This document shows positions 48,173 to 57,644 of a stretch of 64,000 nucleotides of DNA, piece after piece. The notes below the pieces were generated by a model. That model was not told where the DNA came from. It did not search any database and saw only the letters and a list, made by a program, of their open reading frames with translations. The stretch is from positions 1-64,000 of the IMG/VR virus record IMGVR_UViG_3300008267_013251; one strand, written 5' to 3'. The position numbers and the translations under genes were made by a program. The stretch's first letter is position 1. The number at the start of each line of letters is the position of its first letter. The stretch comes from a virus.

Positions 48173-48634
48173 CTAAAATTCTTCTTCAATATTTTGTGGT
48201 TTGGTAAGCCATTTAATATAAGCTGAGTTGGCAATCTTTTTACCCATAGAGTTCCACCATATGTCTGCTTTGTTGCAGAATTCTATTATTTCCTCAAGAT
48301 AGAGTATTGGCAGAGAACAACTTTCAAATTCCTGTAATTCATTGTCAACACGACATCCTTCTACCAAAACATCACCGAAAACAGCTATATCACGAAAAAA
48401 CTGATTGGTCACTCTGCAAAAACTATTTGCAATACAAGTTCCACGAATATTCAAAGGAAGTTTATTAGACTTTGCGTCTTTATTTACAACAATCAAAAAA
48501 GGATTGTCTTCGGCAACAGACACATGGCTTATTGGCCCGCCTACCATTTTTTGCTTTTCTTCTATATCATCATTTATCTCTATTAATTTTATTTCTCCTT
48601 CACATGGAATAAGCAAGGCACATATTTTTTTCAT
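48173..48634 (-). CDS. DUF3846-like protein
   Basis: 'LLIP..GE...Q.MVGG.I..V....IVVN.DAK...LPLN.R....GDVLV'. Confidence 0.6.
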   Translation of the reverse strand: MKKICALLIPCEGEIKLIEINDDIEEKQKMVGGPISHVSVAEDNPFLIVVNKDAKSNKLPLNIRGTCIANSFCRVTNQFFRDIAVFGDVLVEGCRVDNELQEFESCSLPILYLEEIIEFCNKADIWWNSMGKKIANSAYIKWLTKPQNIEEEF

Positions 48635-48672
48635 TTTTGCTTCCTTGAGTAAAGTTTCTATATTAACAAATT

Positions 48673-48777
48673 CTAGTCTTCGAGTAATTTCTTACAAACC
48701 CAAAAATATAGTAGAGGAAACACCACTACAGATAAAATAAGTAAAATGCTGAAAATCATTTCCTCAAAACGAGTCAC
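48673..48777 (-). CDS. small single-TM peptide
   Basis: GGAG + GTG; hydrophobic core IFSILLILSVVVFPLLYFWV; TATAAATA at 48814-48821. Confidence 0.4.
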   Translation of the reverse strand: MTRFEEMIFSILLILSVVVFPLLYFWVCKKLLED

Positions 48778-48842
48778 AAGCTTCTCCGCAGTAATCCAAA
48801 CCCTCTACTCTTATATTTATAATACGAAAAATAGGATTCATC

Positions 48843-49517
48843 ATGTTCAAGCCGGGACCATTATACGAGAGACGAAAACAAATAGTACAACAACTAAAAC
48901 AAATTCCCCTTGAGACTGGTGATATAGTTTATAATGCATCTGATGTCACAGGTCCATTAGGAATACCTTTTGGCAAACTGATCCAAACTTTTACCAAATC
49001 ATTATACTCTCACGCCACTCTCATCCTTGTAGAGAATGGTGAAACATACGCAATAGATGTGTCAGATTGGGGAACAAGAAAACTCAGAGTAATAGACTGG
49101 TTTGACAACTGGTATATGACAGATTTTTGTGTCTACAGATTGCAGAATAAAACTAAAGATATTGAAAATTGCATCGAAAATCAAATCAAAGGTTTTTTAG
49201 AACTTGATCCAAGCTATGATTTCAACTTCAACGATCCCATGTCATTCTACTGCACCGAAGCCGTTAAAATGATGTACGGTAACTGTGGTTTGGATTTGGG
49301 TGGAGCTTACTTAGTAAAAGATATTGTTCCGAAATGGTTCTATCCATTCATATTAATTGGCAACTATTTCACTAAATTTTTGACAAATTCTTCCCTGCCA
49401 ACAAACATTCCCATCAGCGTGGTGGGCAACGAGAAAAAAGGTATGATGGCTAGCGAGTTGACATACAGAATATTTGAGTATGATAAAGCAACTGATACAA
49501 CCTTAAGATTCCTTTAA
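48843..49517 (+). CDS. permuted papain-like amidase (YiiX/YebB, C92-like)
   Basis: LETGDIV, YSHA, VYRL, YDFxF...FYCTE. Confidence 0.8.
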   Translation: MFKPGPLYERRKQIVQQLKQIPLETGDIVYNASDVTGPLGIPFGKLIQTFTKSLYSHATLILVENGETYAIDVSDWGTRKLRVIDWFDNWYMTDFCVYRLQNKTKDIENCIENQIKGFLELDPSYDFNFNDPMSFYCTEAVKMMYGNCGLDLGGAYLVKDIVPKWFYPFILIGNYFTKFLTNSSLPTNIPISVVGNEKKGMMASELTYRIFEYDKATDTTLRFL

Positions 49518-49558
49518 TAAAACATACATATATTAACTATCTTTTAGAAGGTGTTAAT

Positions 49559-49762
49559 ATGAAATCGTTTCATGAGTACTGCGAAGAAAAAGGTTATGTA
49601 TTAGAAGAAAAACAATGGATTGCTGGTGCAATTAAGCATCCCGGTCGTTGTGCAGACATGGGCAGCAAAAAGTGCCCAGAGGGTAGCCCACAGTACAAAC
49701 TTGCCAAAAGACTAAAGCCCGGAGGCGATCTTTATAAAGGCAAAAAGAAAAAGAATAAATAA
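49559..49762 (+). CDS. small basic protein with capsid-targeting-like N-terminus
   Basis: MKSFHEYCEE...LEE|KQWIAGAIKHPG. Confidence 0.65.
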   Translation: MKSFHEYCEEKGYVLEEKQWIAGAIKHPGRCADMGSKKCPEGSPQYKLAKRLKPGGDLYKGKKKKNK

Positions 49763-49785
49763 ACCTTAAAAAGTATATAATTATT

Positions 49786-50934
49786 ATGGAAAATATTATT
49801 AAATCAGCTAATTCTGTTAAACAAAATCCATTCATTCTTGAAAATGGGGAATATTTTCCATATTTAACTTTCAAAGAATTTATAAAGACTTGCGAACAGG
49901 ATCGTTTAGATGAAATCCAATTCCTGAAAAACGCTTGGGACAAGCTCAAAGGTGGATTCAAATCAGCTTTCGGTTCTTGGGATCAAAAACAAGAACCTGA
50001 ACAGCAACAACCGGCTCAAGGAGCACAAAAACCAACCGACCCTTTCGCTGCTCAAAGTATTTCTACTACCGATATATCAAAAATAAATTTAGAAGCACCA
50101 CCCAAAGATGCAAACCCTGACGCAGTCACAGAAAAATATCAAGGACTTTGGGATAAGGTAAAATCTTTTGCCGTCAAGATGAAGGATGTGATACTTGCAG
50201 CTTCACGCATGACAGGCATAAGCGCACCATTAGCCATAGCAATTATATTTGCTGGCTGGTACGGAGGCATGGCTGCAATTCCGGCAGCTGTGATTCTTTA
50301 TTTCACCAGAAAAATATTGATGACACCAATCTTGGGTTTTGCCGGGAAAGTGTATGATACGGCTGTTGATACGGCAAGAAATGTTATCAGAGGGCCTAAA
50401 GTTCAAAAAGAAAGCTTTTCACTCATCAATGAGTGGACATTCACCAACGACTTCAGAAACTATAGCTTATATAAATTTCTTAAAAATGAAGGTGATATTG
50501 ATGTGAGCTACAAGGAGTGGCTTGCAAATCCAAATTATGAACTACTAACTGAAGGAAGAGTTAGCGATTACTTGCTGAACCTTATCGGCAGAGGCGCTGG
50601 TCATGTTGCCGGATTCGTGTCATCAGCTGTGAAAAAGACTGCAAAATTCCTTTACAACGGTATTGCATCGGCTCTTCAATGGGTTTGGAAATGGAAAGTG
50701 CCTATCGGCAAATTCCTCTTTTTAATGGCAATCGGTGTGCTTGTTGGTGGGACTATTACCAAACTGACCGCACCTATCGTAAACGATGCTGTTTCTTCAG
50801 TAAAAACAGCTATAGGCATGGGCGCTAAAGTACCTCCAGCTGAAGTAGCAGAACTAAATCAAATTGCTAAGCTGATCCCAATGCTGGAATGCCACCTGAA
50901 AATTGGGCTAATCCTGATTCTACAGATGCAGTAG
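49786..50934 (+). CDS. putative internal virion/ejection protein, N-terminal part (frame-disrupted at about 50870)
   Basis: Paralogous to 51887-53407 (CEQDRLDEIQF, GxSAPLA, LYFTRKI, KEWxxNPNYELLxEG, FLMAxGV). Confidence 0.7.
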   Translation: MENIIKSANSVKQNPFILENGEYFPYLTFKEFIKTCEQDRLDEIQFLKNAWDKLKGGFKSAFGSWDQKQEPEQQQPAQGAQKPTDPFAAQSISTTDISKINLEAPPKDANPDAVTEKYQGLWDKVKSFAVKMKDVILAASRMTGISAPLAIAIIFAGWYGGMAAIPAAVILYFTRKILMTPILGFAGKVYDTAVDTARNVIRGPKVQKESFSLINEWTFTNDFRNYSLYKFLKNEGDIDVSYKEWLANPNYELLTEGRVSDYLLNLIGRGAGHVAGFVSSAVKKTAKFLYNGIASALQWVWKWKVPIGKFLFLMAIGVLVGGTITKLTAPIVNDAVSSVKTAIGMGAKVPPAEVAELNQIAKLIPMLECHLKIGLILILQMQ

Positions 50935-51887
50935 GCGTTGCTCAAAGAGCCGTTGATGCGAAGCAGGCCCTAGCGCAAGGCAAAGACATTGTAGACAGTC
51001 TTGTAACAAAGTGGGGAATTATAAAACAGAGATTAGTCGATGTCATGAGAGATATGCAAAATCCAGATAAAGATGCTGTTGCTGTCATGAATGCTGCTCA
51101 AACTAAGGCAGAATTCAGCGCAGCCTATGAAAAAGCATCCTCACTAGGATCGAGTTACTTCAAAAGGTTTACGGATGCCTTAGAGCGCTTTTCACAAAAG
51201 ACGGGCAAGCCAATACCAGACATTGATGTATCTTCAATGGCACCAGACGATTCTGCTGTTGACCAATTTGGCAACATAGTTCAAAGCAAGGCCGATGCTG
51301 GGCAAGCAGCAAGCGATGCGGTAGCATCTGATATTGATCCAAGTATGATGGCTCCAGATGACTCCGCTGTTGATCAATTTGGAAATGTGATACAGAGCAA
51401 AGCAGAAGTAAAATCTATAATAGACACAGTTAAAAATAGTGCTTTATACAAAAATGCCGAGTCCTTACTCAGGCAAAAACTCGGCTCTGCCAGTATGAAA
51501 GATATTGATGCTTCTATGGCAAATATTGATAATTACAACAACATAATACTTAACAAACACAACATGTTTTCTTATATTGAAAAAACCCTCAATAAAACAG
51601 GCCTTAATTTGAGAAGTTGGTTGCCAGATGTCATCAAAAACAAAGGTGTCGATGAATCTTTTGCAGACTTTTTGAAGGACACAGGAACAGAAGTCAAATT
51701 TGATTCCCCTGAATATCAAACTTTGAAAACTTATTGGAATGAAGTATTAGAAAAAGTTGGAAGAGAAGGGATTGCTGGCCCCAAATCTAATTTAGAAAAG
51801 ATTGGAGAACTGTTTTCGAAACAAGCTGACAGACTCAGAGACAGAAAATTTGAATTAGAACAGTTTATGCGAGGCGGTAAACGATAA
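50889..51887 (+). CDS. probable C-terminal continuation of the 49786 gene
   Basis: Frame opens at 50871, immediately after a TAA; contains a duplicated 'MAPDDSAVDQFGNxxQSKA'. Confidence 0.65.
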   Translation: MPPENWANPDSTDAVGVAQRAVDAKQALAQGKDIVDSLVTKWGIIKQRLVDVMRDMQNPDKDAVAVMNAAQTKAEFSAAYEKASSLGSSYFKRFTDALERFSQKTGKPIPDIDVSSMAPDDSAVDQFGNIVQSKADAGQAASDAVASDIDPSMMAPDDSAVDQFGNVIQSKAEVKSIIDTVKNSALYKNAESLLRQKLGSASMKDIDASMANIDNYNNIILNKHNMFSYIEKTLNKTGLNLRSWLPDVIKNKGVDESFADFLKDTGTEVKFDSPEYQTLKTYWNEVLEKVGREGIAGPKSNLEKIGELFSKQADRLRDRKFELEQFMRGGKR

Positions 51888-53407
51888 TGAATGACATAAC
51901 TTTTGCAAAATTCGTTGATTTATGTGAGCAAGATAGGCTTGATGAAATTCAATTTATTAAGGACATGTGGAAACACGCCAAGCGTGGTTATCAATCTGGC
52001 TACACATACTGGAATCCAACCGAGACTGAAGAAGATAAAGCATTAAGAGCGGACGGTAAAAACCCAACATGGGAAAAATTTAAAAACGCAGTCATGCCAG
52101 CCATAGAAAAAACAAAACAATTCGTCAACAAGGCCCAAGAGGTTACTGGCGTTTCTGCACCTTTAGCTGCTGCTCTGTTGGCAGCTGGTGTGACTGGCGG
52201 GGCGGGAGCCATCCCGATGGCAGCTTTTTTGTACTTTACCAGAAAAATCTTTGTTACCCCTGTCTTGGGTGTAGCTGGAAAAGGCTTTGATAAAGTATTT
52301 GGCACAGATGAGGACAGACGCAAAAAAGAAGCAGAGGCACAAGCAGCAGCACAAGCAGCAAAAGATGCTATTAAGCCCGCAGAGGACATTCCTATAATCC
52401 GAAGAAAAAAAAAGAAAAAGAAAAAAAAATTGGTCACGGCTACAGAATGGGTTTTCTGTTCTGATTACAATAATTACTTGCTCTACAAAGAAATCAAAAC
52501 TCTTGGCTACATCAACAATATTTCTTTCAAAGAATGGATTTCAAATCCAAATTATGAATTACTAAATGAAGGCAAAATTCTAAATTGGATCGGTAGAAAA
52601 ATTGGCCAAGGGGTTGGTTTCGTAAGTGGATTCTTTGATAATATTCAGAATAAGATCGAAGCCGTTGTCGAAGGAAGTCTCCAAGCTTTAGGAAACTTTG
52701 CCAAAAATAATCGTATAGGAATTATGAAGGCAGCTTTCCTCATGGCTCTTGGTGTTGCAATCGGCCACGGAGTAACAAAACTTACTAATCATGTTATTCA
52801 GCAAGTACAAGATTCAGCACACCATGCTGTTACTGGACAAGCCCAATCAACCGAAACGCCTGCAAGTACAACCACAGCACCAACCTCACTTACAGCAAAC
52901 GCCGATCAGGAATTCCTGAGAATGAAGCAAGAAATATTAAGTAATAAAAACTTGTCACCCTATGAAATGAAGCTTCAAATACAAAAGGCATTTATGGACA
53001 CGCACAAGGATGTTGGAATTTATAAAAACTATGATATTTTAAGAGCTAAGGCAGAGAATGAAGCAATCTTATCCAATAACGCAGCAAGCACACCTGCCAA
53101 CATGGGTACTAATCATCTAGATTTGTTGAAACAAGCTGATAAAGAATTTATCAATATGAAACAACAGATACTATCTGATCCCAACTTGTCAGCACACGAA
53201 ACCCATGCAGCCCTCAAACAAGCTTACATAGATACACATAAGGATGTGTATAACAGTCCAGTAAGTAAAAAAATAAATTTTGTGTCAAACCATGCTGATC
53301 GTTTAGCAAATGATGCCGTGCTCAAAAAATTTGGAAGCCTTCCACCAGTAAGTAAAGCAGCAGCGGAACTTGGTCTTATTAGATCAAAACCGTTGCTGCC
53401 AGATTAA
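51887..53407 (+). CDS. putative internal virion/ejection protein
   Basis: ITFAKFVDLCEQDRLDE N-terminus, Gly/Ala-rich hydrophobic helices, duplicated 'ADxEFxxMKQxILSxxNLS...DTHKDV'. Confidence 0.7.
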   Translation: MNDITFAKFVDLCEQDRLDEIQFIKDMWKHAKRGYQSGYTYWNPTETEEDKALRADGKNPTWEKFKNAVMPAIEKTKQFVNKAQEVTGVSAPLAAALLAAGVTGGAGAIPMAAFLYFTRKIFVTPVLGVAGKGFDKVFGTDEDRRKKEAEAQAAAQAAKDAIKPAEDIPIIRRKKKKKKKKLVTATEWVFCSDYNNYLLYKEIKTLGYINNISFKEWISNPNYELLNEGKILNWIGRKIGQGVGFVSGFFDNIQNKIEAVVEGSLQALGNFAKNNRIGIMKAAFLMALGVAIGHGVTKLTNHVIQQVQDSAHHAVTGQAQSTETPASTTTAPTSLTANADQEFLRMKQEILSNKNLSPYEMKLQIQKAFMDTHKDVGIYKNYDILRAKAENEAILSNNAASTPANMGTNHLDLLKQADKEFINMKQQILSDPNLSAHETHAALKQAYIDTHKDVYNSPVSKKINFVSNHADRLANDAVLKKFGSLPPVSKAAAELGLIRSKPLLPD

Positions 53408-53409
53408 TT

Positions 53410-54801
53410 TTATCTTAGTTCTTGCCAGCTGATAACGGCTCCAACGCTAGCTGCTCTTGGAGGGTCTTGAGTATCGCAGCTTGTAACAACAACTGAAATT
53501 ACATCTGCATCTGTCCCAGCGTAATTGACGGTTAAGGGAACTTTGACAACCCTCTGGGTTATGCCACCAGTCGCATTAGCGCCCGGACCACCAGCAACCG
53601 CATAACCAGCTGCGATAACGATGCCTCCAGTAATAGCATTTGCAGCTGTATCATAACTCATTCCACTATATGTCGTATTAACATTGTTAAAAGAAGCATT
53701 AGTCAAAGTTCCATTATAAACAATTTCATAGTAAGAAGTATATGTTCCACTTGTAACTTCTACACCAGTAATATCAAATTCCATCCTATTTGTAATGCTA
53801 TTAAATGTGGTTCTGGGTTTAATGCTTAAAACAGGCCTTCTTGTTTGTACAGATGTAAAAGTCGAACCTTTTCCAACTGCAAATGGATAGCCGACTTTAT
53901 CATATCCCCCTTCAGAAACAACAGCACCGCAAATGCATTTCATAGTTGCAGCAGCACCGTTCGCTGTATTTTCTATCTCGTATCTTAGAGGCAGATTGGC
54001 AGTTGTCGTGTAAGCAGCAGTAACAACATTTGCATTATTGACTTCATGGCAATAATAGATTAAGCCGTTGACTACAAAACCGTACCTAACCCTACCAACA
54101 CCAAGCCATTCTAAATCAATTAAAAATATTTGTGCTTTGGTAAAATCTAAATCGATCCCACTCGCACCAGAACCATCCATCTTATCGATGTTCCATGCAG
54201 ATTGATCAACTCCTTGATCGCTTGAATTAGTTCTGATTACAACTTTAACTCCAGTATTTCCTCCAGATGCTGGGATTTGCTCAAAAAACATACCACCAGC
54301 ATCATCGAAATAGCCGATCCTTCTACGAACTCCTGAAGCAGATGCCCCTAATACACCTGTGACTAGTATGAGATGTGACTTTCCGGGCTGATATCTAAAA
54401 TATTGTTTTGTTTGTCTAATTGCTTTATCGTTGAGCGTACCCCCTACCGATAACTGCACAGTTGATTCTAATGCTATATGAGATGACCCACCACCTCCTG
54501 TAGTTACAGTATTATAAACTAATGGCTGTGCATCATATTGGTTCTGGTTCTCAAAAACATATGAAGGATTACTAACTCTAAGCCTGCCGAATGCATCTAT
54601 TGCGGGAGAGTCTCCAAGGGTGATTGCAAGATTATTACCTCCGGTTGTACCGACTGGCAGGGGGTTACTTTCACTCACATCAACAGCAGTATTTTCACCA
54701 CCATACTGAAGTTTGACCTTAAGATGTTTTACATTGCCTATTTCATCAGCAGCTAAAACTTTGTCATGATCTGTGAGACGGACATTATCAGACATTGGCA
54801 T
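53410..54801 (-). CDS. phage structural protein ('DAFGRLRVSNP' type)
   Basis: DAFGRLRVS, RQTK.YF.YQPGKS, WLGVGRVR.GF, TANLPLRYE. Confidence 0.7.
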   Translation of the reverse strand: MPMSDNVRLTDHDKVLAADEIGNVKHLKVKLQYGGENTAVDVSESNPLPVGTTGGNNLAITLGDSPAIDAFGRLRVSNPSYVFENQNQYDAQPLVYNTVTTGGGGSSHIALESTVQLSVGGTLNDKAIRQTKQYFRYQPGKSHLILVTGVLGASASGVRRRIGYFDDAGGMFFEQIPASGGNTGVKVVIRTNSSDQGVDQSAWNIDKMDGSGASGIDLDFTKAQIFLIDLEWLGVGRVRYGFVVNGLIYYCHEVNNANVVTAAYTTTANLPLRYEIENTANGAAATMKCICGAVVSEGGYDKVGYPFAVGKGSTFTSVQTRRPVLSIKPRTTFNSITNRMEFDITGVEVTSGTYTSYYEIVYNGTLTNASFNNVNTTYSGMSYDTAANAITGGIVIAAGYAVAGGPGANATGGITQRVVKVPLTVNYAGTDADVISVVVTSCDTQDPPRAASVGAVISWQELR

Positions 54802-54833
54802 ACCTCATATTAATTATTGATATATAGTGTCTA

Positions 54834-55124
54834 TTAGTTCTGTATTTTCAATCTATGATACTTCTCTTTAGGGTCTTGTAGAATGTTTATTAAGGAATAC
54901 TCGGAAAGCCCAGTAGCTTCTGAAATACATTTTAAATCAGCTGACGGATCGATTACAAAACCGCCTCTATCTGTTTCCATCCAAAAAACTCGCTCCTTAG
55001 TCTTGAAAATAGGCCCGTAATAAAAAGCTACACTTTTATTGATATTGTGGTTGTCGTATAATTTCCAAGCAGAACCTAAATCAACATCAACTGTAATATC
55101 CCCTCTTTTCAAGGTGCGTGTCAT
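54834..55124 (-). CDS. hypothetical protein
   Basis: GGAGG RBS before MTRTL. Confidence 0.6.
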   Translation of the reverse strand: MTRTLKRGDITVDVDLGSAWKLYDNHNINKSVAFYYGPIFKTKERVFWMETDRGGFVIDPSADLKCISEATGLSEYSLINILQDPKEKYHRLKIQN

Positions 55125-55140
55125 TTGTCCTCCATAAAAA

Positions 55141-55171
55141 AATAAAGCCGAAGTCATCCTTCGGCTTTATT
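55141..55171 (-). terminator. intrinsic terminator
   Basis: AATAAAGCCGAAG/CTTCGGCTTTATT with a T-tract on the minus strand. Confidence 0.65.
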
Positions 55172-55192
55172 GTACAAATAATTGCTTTTCGG

Positions 55193-55438
55193 TCAATCAA
55201 ATATATCACGGAAGAGAGATGCCTTGGGGCAGTCTTCCGGGTTTTTCTTGGCACGGTCCACAGCCCTTTTTACCTCTGAATCAGTAAACAGCAAGTGGAC
55301 CTCCTTTCCATCTTCAAGTTGAATACGAACATGATTATATTTTGCAGCTGCTGCTGGATGCTTCAATTGATTTACAACTGATTGCATGTCAGCAATTCTC
55401 TTAGCCTTGATTGTCGTACCTTTCAATCCCTTCGCCAT
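55193..55438 (-). CDS. hypothetical protein
   Basis: 81-aa ORF with RBS and downstream terminator. Confidence 0.65.
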   Translation of the reverse strand: MAKGLKGTTIKAKRIADMQSVVNQLKHPAAAAKYNHVRIQLEDGKEVHLLFTDSEVKRAVDRAKKNPEDCPKASLFRDIFD

Positions 55439-55502
55439 TTTGTGCCCCTTTCTTGAATTTTGAGCCTGCTAGAAATAAAATAGTAAATCGTCTGGAGAAT
55501 TA

Positions 55503-56102
55503 ATGGTGACAACATATTTTAGGAATGGAATCATCTCAGGCAAATTCAATCGTGAAAGAAACGATGTTTTTGATGAAAAAGGCAAAAGATTTGCAACACT
55601 TTATTTTTCCAGCCAAGGGGCTAAAGTAGAGTGCAATGATTTAGATGAGTTGGGGAGAAGATTATTTCAGCAACCAGACTTGCGAGTATATTTTTCTGAT
55701 AGAGATATGACTGTATTTGTTGAAGCAGAAATAAAAAGCGATAAACATTGGCACTACATTTATGAAGGAATAGATGTACCAGCTAGAAAATATAAGTATG
55801 CGAAGATAACTAGCGGTAAAGGCTTTTACTTCATGGGGAAAGAAGACTTATCCGAATTCTTATTGATTCCTATGAAATACGCTTCAATGGCCATGGAATC
55901 TTGTGGTGAGGAATACATGGGCCATCGTAGCGTACCAGCAAGTGCTAACTTCGTGATGCCAGAGCATGGTTGTCACAGAGTAAGAAAATTCTGCTGCTCT
56001 GGTATCAACAAAGGTAGTGCAATCGAAGATTTTGTTAGAATTCCCTACGAAAATGTGTTGCACTATGTCAGGGACAACAACAAATTTGTAAGAAAAATCT
56101 AA
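55503..56102 (+). CDS. putative PD-(D/E)xK nuclease-like protein
   Basis: 'PDL...VEAEIK'. Confidence 0.5.
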   Translation: MVTTYFRNGIISGKFNRERNDVFDEKGKRFATLYFSSQGAKVECNDLDELGRRLFQQPDLRVYFSDRDMTVFVEAEIKSDKHWHYIYEGIDVPARKYKYAKITSGKGFYFMGKEDLSEFLLIPMKYASMAMESCGEEYMGHRSVPASANFVMPEHGCHRVRKFCCSGINKGSAIEDFVRIPYENVLHYVRDNNKFVRKI

Positions 56103-56434
56103 AAATCATTAAGTTTCAAATTCTTCAAAGATTCATCGTCCCAAAAATCTGGAATTCTATCTTCCACTCCGAAAGCAAAATTCATAGCATCCCAATCATT
56201 GACGCTATAGACCAGACATACGCCATAAAATGTTACTCCACTTTTTTTATACTTTCTGATGACAAATTTTGTGTTTTCAACTTGACCAAAAGTTCTTATC
56301 AATTGCTGCTTAAAAGCTTTAACCTCCAGCTTTGCCTTTTCTAGATAGTCACATTTTTTTATGTCAAGAGACATCTCTTTGTAGGGTTTCGAACCAAATT
56401 CCAACTCATCAAAAATTGCGCTGCTTGCACTCAT
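56099..56434 (-). CDS. hypothetical protein
   Basis: AGGAGG RBS before MSASS. Confidence 0.6.
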   Translation of the reverse strand: MSASSAIFDELEFGSKPYKEMSLDIKKCDYLEKAKLEVKAFKQQLIRTFGQVENTKFVIRKYKKSGVTFYGVCLVYSVNDWDAMNFAFGVEDRIPDFWDDESLKNLKLNDF

Positions 56435-56529
56435 ATTGTTCCTCCTAGTTTTTAATGTTCTCTGAGACAATATACCGGGAAAAAATATTTGCGACTACAG
56501 AGGACTAAATAAAAAATTAGGGGGCAAAA

Positions 56530-57000
56530 ATGATAGAAAAAATTAAAATGTTAATACTTAACTTTTTAAATGCTATAAAAAAATCTATCAGTCCATCTAA
56601 AGAAATAATACCAAATCCAGATAACAAATCAAGCAGCATTTACATCGAGAAATCTCTAAACATATTCAGAAATAAGAATAGTTTAATACCATTTATACAC
56701 AACAGCAGCCTTGAAAAAATTGCTACTGAATATTCTTTTGAGATGGCCAAGTCTAATCGTATCATGTATGATATGAAAGGATTGCAGTTGAGTTATAGAC
56801 TGCATAAAAACAACATTTTTTGCAAGAATATGTACCTAATTCCAGCACATTCTTATCATGAATGTAATACTGAAAACTTAATACGAAACATTCTTTCTGA
56901 TACGATTGGAAGGAATACGCTACTAAGTGATAACTTTTATTATATTGGTGTTGCGGTTTTTAACAATTACTGTACTGTTATTTTAACTAGTAAGTTTTGA
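56530..57000 (+). CDS. CAP/SCP domain-like protein
   Basis: 'LNIFR....L...L..IA..YS.EMA', 'R..LLS..F..IGVAV'. Confidence 0.6.
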   Translation: MIEKIKMLILNFLNAIKKSISPSKEIIPNPDNKSSSIYIEKSLNIFRNKNSLIPFIHNSSLEKIATEYSFEMAKSNRIMYDMKGLQLSYRLHKNNIFCKNMYLIPAHSYHECNTENLIRNILSDTIGRNTLLSDNFYYIGVAVFNNYCTVILTSKF

Positions 57001-57069
57001 AAAATGATTGTTTTCTGCATAAATAATGTTGCCTAATGGCATGCATGTCTTTATACAAGGAGATATTTA

Positions 57070-57315
57070 ATGGCTAATTATTTACTAAAATTGACCCCTA
57101 GCCTAGTCAACCTAGGAACAGAGGGCTCACTAGACACAAGCGTCAGCAACGGTGTTTCCGCTCAGCGCACAGGTTATATCGAAGTTGTAAATACTTCTGA
57201 CCTACAACAACGCATGGTTTGGGAACTCAATGACGGCGCAACTTTCAACGATGGTTTCCAAACACTCACCGACATTTCAAATGGTGCAGGTGGTGTATTC
57301 ATCGTAACCCCCTGA
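57070..57315 (+). CDS. small putative virion protein
   Basis: CATAAATA upstream, AAGGAG RBS, strong terminator downstream. Confidence 0.65.
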   Translation: MANYLLKLTPSLVNLGTEGSLDTSVSNGVSAQRTGYIEVVNTSDLQQRMVWELNDGATFNDGFQTLTDISNGAGGVFIVTP

Positions 57316-57333
57316 TTGCTAAGGGCACAATCT

Positions 57334-57370
57334 AAAAAAGGGGAAGGACTACTGTCCTTCCCCTTTTTTT
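57334..57370. terminator. bidirectional intrinsic terminator
   Basis: AAAAAAGGGGAAGGAC-TACT-GTCCTTCCCCTTTTTT. Confidence 0.8.
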
Positions 57371-57371
57371 A

Positions 57372-57584
57372 TTAATACGACTCAATCTTTTTGCGTATTT
57401 TACTCAAAAGCTTATTTATGAATTTGACATATCTGACATCATCTGATTTTTTTGTGACTTTAGATATTCTGTCACTTAACGCAAAGTTCAACTCTTCGAG
57501 TTCTTGATAATTAAACTTTGAAATTACTTTTCTATTCATGATAACTTTGAAAAGTTTTTCATGACCATTTTTGGAATTATTCAT
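57372..57584 (-). CDS. hypothetical basic protein
   Basis: GGAGG RBS. Confidence 0.55.
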   Translation of the reverse strand: MNNSKNGHEKLFKVIMNRKVISKFNYQELEELNFALSDRISKVTKKSDDVRYVKFINKLLSKIRKKIESY

Positions 57585-57644
57585 GTATTGCCTCCAGTTG
57601 GGAAAGCAATCATAAAAGAAAAATCAATATTTACAACAAAAAAA

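Noticed and set aside
52401-52430. Poly-A/poly-Lys tract as a phase-variation or frameshift site
   Set aside because: The frame is intact and paralog similarity resumes downstream in the same frame.
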